Below are positions 61,842-63,488 of a stretch of 63,488 bases of DNA, in pieces; the first letter of the stretch is position 1; every line of letters starts with the position of its first letter. The stretch lies in the IMG/VR virus record IMGVR_UViG_3300032144_000008, positions 1 to 63,488 of that record; one strand, written 5' to 3'. The translations under genes were made by a program, and so were the position numbers. The notes beneath the pieces are model-generated. The model ran no database searches and was not told the DNA's origin. It saw only the letters and a list, made by a program, of their open reading frames with translations. The stretch is from a virus.

Positions 61842-63488
61842 GTGTTACCCGTAACATTGCCATTACCCAAGCGGATATGGACGCATTGGCTACGCTGGCC
61901 AATGGAGTTGGAGCTCCCATGCCAACCAACTTCCGGTTCAACAATTTTGACGACGCGGTGTTGCCGCCAACCGAAGTGGTGGGAACGATCAATTATGGAT
62001 CCGGAAGCTATGTCGCCAGTGGCACCGCGATCGTGTGTCACGTTTACAGCTACAAGGACGTTGCCGGGGTCAATCATTATTCTAAGCTGTATGCCATTGG
62101 GAGCGTTACGCCTAATGATTCCTTGGACGCCTTCGAGATTGAATGGGACTGGACACCTCCAGCAGACGCGGTGGACGGCTACATTTACATCCTCTTTGCC
62201 ACAGGCTCAGGTTCTGTTGGAGATTGGGCAGATGTCACCTCTTTGCCTTTCACAGACGACAACAACGGACTCACGATTCCTGTGATTGGCACGTTGGCCA
62301 CCTGGAATCCGATTGAGGGTTGGGCCACTCGATTCAGCTATCTTGAGGAAGCCAGCGGCGCTCGTCAACCGGGCCAGTGGCTTCGGGAATTGGATCGGAT
62401 TCGCCAGAACATGGTTAATCTTTACGCCGAGGACGCCACCTGGCTGGTGTCTGGTCCGTGGTGCGTTTCGGTTGGCCCGAGACTGCGTTATGGAAGTGAT
62501 GCCACCGTTTACGGAAGCGTAGAGTTTTGGTATGCGGCAGACGACCTTGCCGGAGACGTGGACTTTTTGACGGTGGCGGAAATTGGCCACGCTGACAAGC
62601 CGTATGTCTTCACCACCGTGGGGCAACCGGCAGACGAGTTCCATTCTGCGTTAAGTCCCAATTGTCCGGCTGCTGGCAATTGGACCGGTAGGATCATTTG
62701 GACAACTGCCAATGCAGTTTCAGGCGGGGTAACGCATGCTTTAACGGCAGTTTCTGGAGCCACCATTAGCCTGGAAACGTGGACGGTAATTGACAACGCC
62801 ATCATTTTGGATTTTGTCTTGGCGCTGTCCTCCGGAGCCAGTCAGGTTGACATTGACATTGATTTGAATGACGGCACCAACAGCTTTGAAGACCTGAGTG
62901 CAGCAAGCGGTCGCCAGACCGGAGAAATGGTTTCGGAAATAATCTTTGACACCGAGACCATCACTCCTTCTAGTGTTGATGTAATCCATCCCAGCAGCCT
63001 TGGCAAGAAGGCGGCTCCAACCGCTATTGATTCAGCTTTTGGGCCGGTGGTGTTTGTGGGGGTGAATTACTATCCAAGCTTCCATGTGGATGGGGATGTG
63101 GACGGAGTGTGGGTGGCGATGACCCGGTTTGCTTATGGTATTCACACTTATTTGGAATCAGACCTGCCAAATTATTATCTGGACAGCTTTGGTTCTGGGC
63201 CAAGAAGCGAAGCCAGTACAGATCCGGCGGCAGCAGCGGTGACACCTGCGGTGGCGGCTCGTTCCTCGTTGTGGCCGGTGTTTCGTGATACAGACTTTGG
63301 CACCTGGAAACGGATGTCACCTTCGGTCGCTGTTACAGAAGTGCCATATTATCCACAGGACACCTTTCACGTCATGAGCCAGGTTGCCGTGACGGCTGAA
63401 CCGGGTGGAGTTACCGGCTACACTAGCGCATCAATACCCGCAGACTACGAACAGTTCATCCTCCGCGCCTCGGACGCTGCCATGACGA
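61838..63488 (+). CDS. N-terminal part of the origin-spanning tail tip/baseplate protein (835 aa in total; continues at 1..984)
   Basis: Hand translation from ATG 61838 (MSVTRNIAITQADMDALATLANGVGAPMPTNFRF...) found no stop codon up to base 63488. In phase with 13..984. Absent from the ORF track because no stop is reached inside the window. Confidence 0.8.
   Translation, partial: MSVTRNIAITQADMDALATLANGVGAPMPTNFRFNNFDDAVLPPTEVVGTINYGSGSYVASGTAIVCHVYSYKDVAGVNHYSKLYAIGSVTPNDSLDAFEIEWDWTPPADAVDGYIYILFATGSGSVGDWADVTSLPFTDDNNGLTIPVIGTLATWNPIEGWATRFSYLEEASGARQPGQWLRELDRIRQNMVNLYAEDATWLVSGPWCVSVGPRLRYGSDATVYGSVEFWYAADDLAGDVDFLTVAEIGHADKPYVFTTVGQPADEFHSALSPNCPAAGNWTGRIIWTTANAVSGGVTHALTAVSGATISLETWTVIDNAIILDFVLALSSGASQVDIDIDLNDGTNSFEDLSAASGRQTGEMVSEIIFDTETITPSSVDVIHPSSLGKKAAPTAIDSAFGPVVFVGVNYYPSFHVDGDVDGVWVAMTRFAYGIHTYLESDLPNYYLDSFGSGPRSEASTDPAAAAVTPAVAARSSLWPVFRDTDFGTWKRMSPSVAVTEVPYYPQDTFHVMSQVAVTAEPGGVTGYTSASIPADYEQFILRASDAAMT
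63362..63488. repeat. second copy of the 127-bp terminal repeat
   Basis: Identical to 1-127. Confidence 0.95.

Noticed and set aside
61842-62522. Two + strand track ORFs (61842..62285 and 62286..62522)
   Set aside because: They are out of frame with the long open frame that starts at 61838 and runs to the window end. Their Trp/Arg/Pro-rich composition is typical of an off-frame translation.

Overview
The window is one complete, circularly closed genome of a GC-rich tailed dsDNA phage. The unit length is 63,361 bp; bases 1-127 are repeated exactly at 63362-63488, which looks like an assembler overlap. Every credible gene is on the + strand, about 90 CDS in all. The long minus-strand ORFs in the track look like antisense shadows of GC-rich coding sequence. 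Genes are tightly packed: about 45 junctions use a 4-nt ATGA, GTGA or TTGA stop/start overlap. I used this to pick start codons and to recover several ORFs missing from the track.

Module order:
- (i) Tail fibre and receptor-binding block (61838 through the origin to 13546). It includes a 2726-aa mosaic fibre and four downstream proteins that all have Sec-like N-termini.
- (ii) Membrane-protein and lipoprotein (lysis-like) cassette, 13553-14871.
- (iii) Early and replication region, 15007-40992. It is split into transcription units by a four-copy ~100-nt promoter/leader repeat. It encodes an SSB-like protein, a UvrD-like helicase, a replisome organiser, a primase-helicase, DnaE-type Pol III alpha, a DEDD exonuclease and a PD-(D/E)XK nuclease. 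It also has two GIY-YIG homing endonucleases, two tRNA-like elements, and a nucleotide-metabolism cluster (FAD protein, divergent ThyX, HAD fusion, SDR).
- (iv) Packaging and a Mu-like head module: TerS, TerL, DUF935-like portal, Mu I-like protease/scaffold, capsid, Nudix-MuF fusion, Mu G-like protein.
- (v) Siphovirus-type tail: tube, G/GT chaperone with a canonical -1 slippery site, tape measure, tip proteins.

No integrase, repressor, CRISPR array, rRNA or recognisable endolysin was seen.

Most interesting items:
- a radical-SAM/SPASM accessory cassette wedged between terL and the portal gene;
- the ThyX-centred nucleotide cluster;
- a tRNA with canonical arms but a ~59-nt insertion;
- a Nudix-MuF fusion;
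- a start-less coding frame after the protease/scaffold gene;
- a 2.5-kb tail gene that crosses the window ends and is absent from the ORF track.

All functional calls come from motif recognition by eye. No database search was run.
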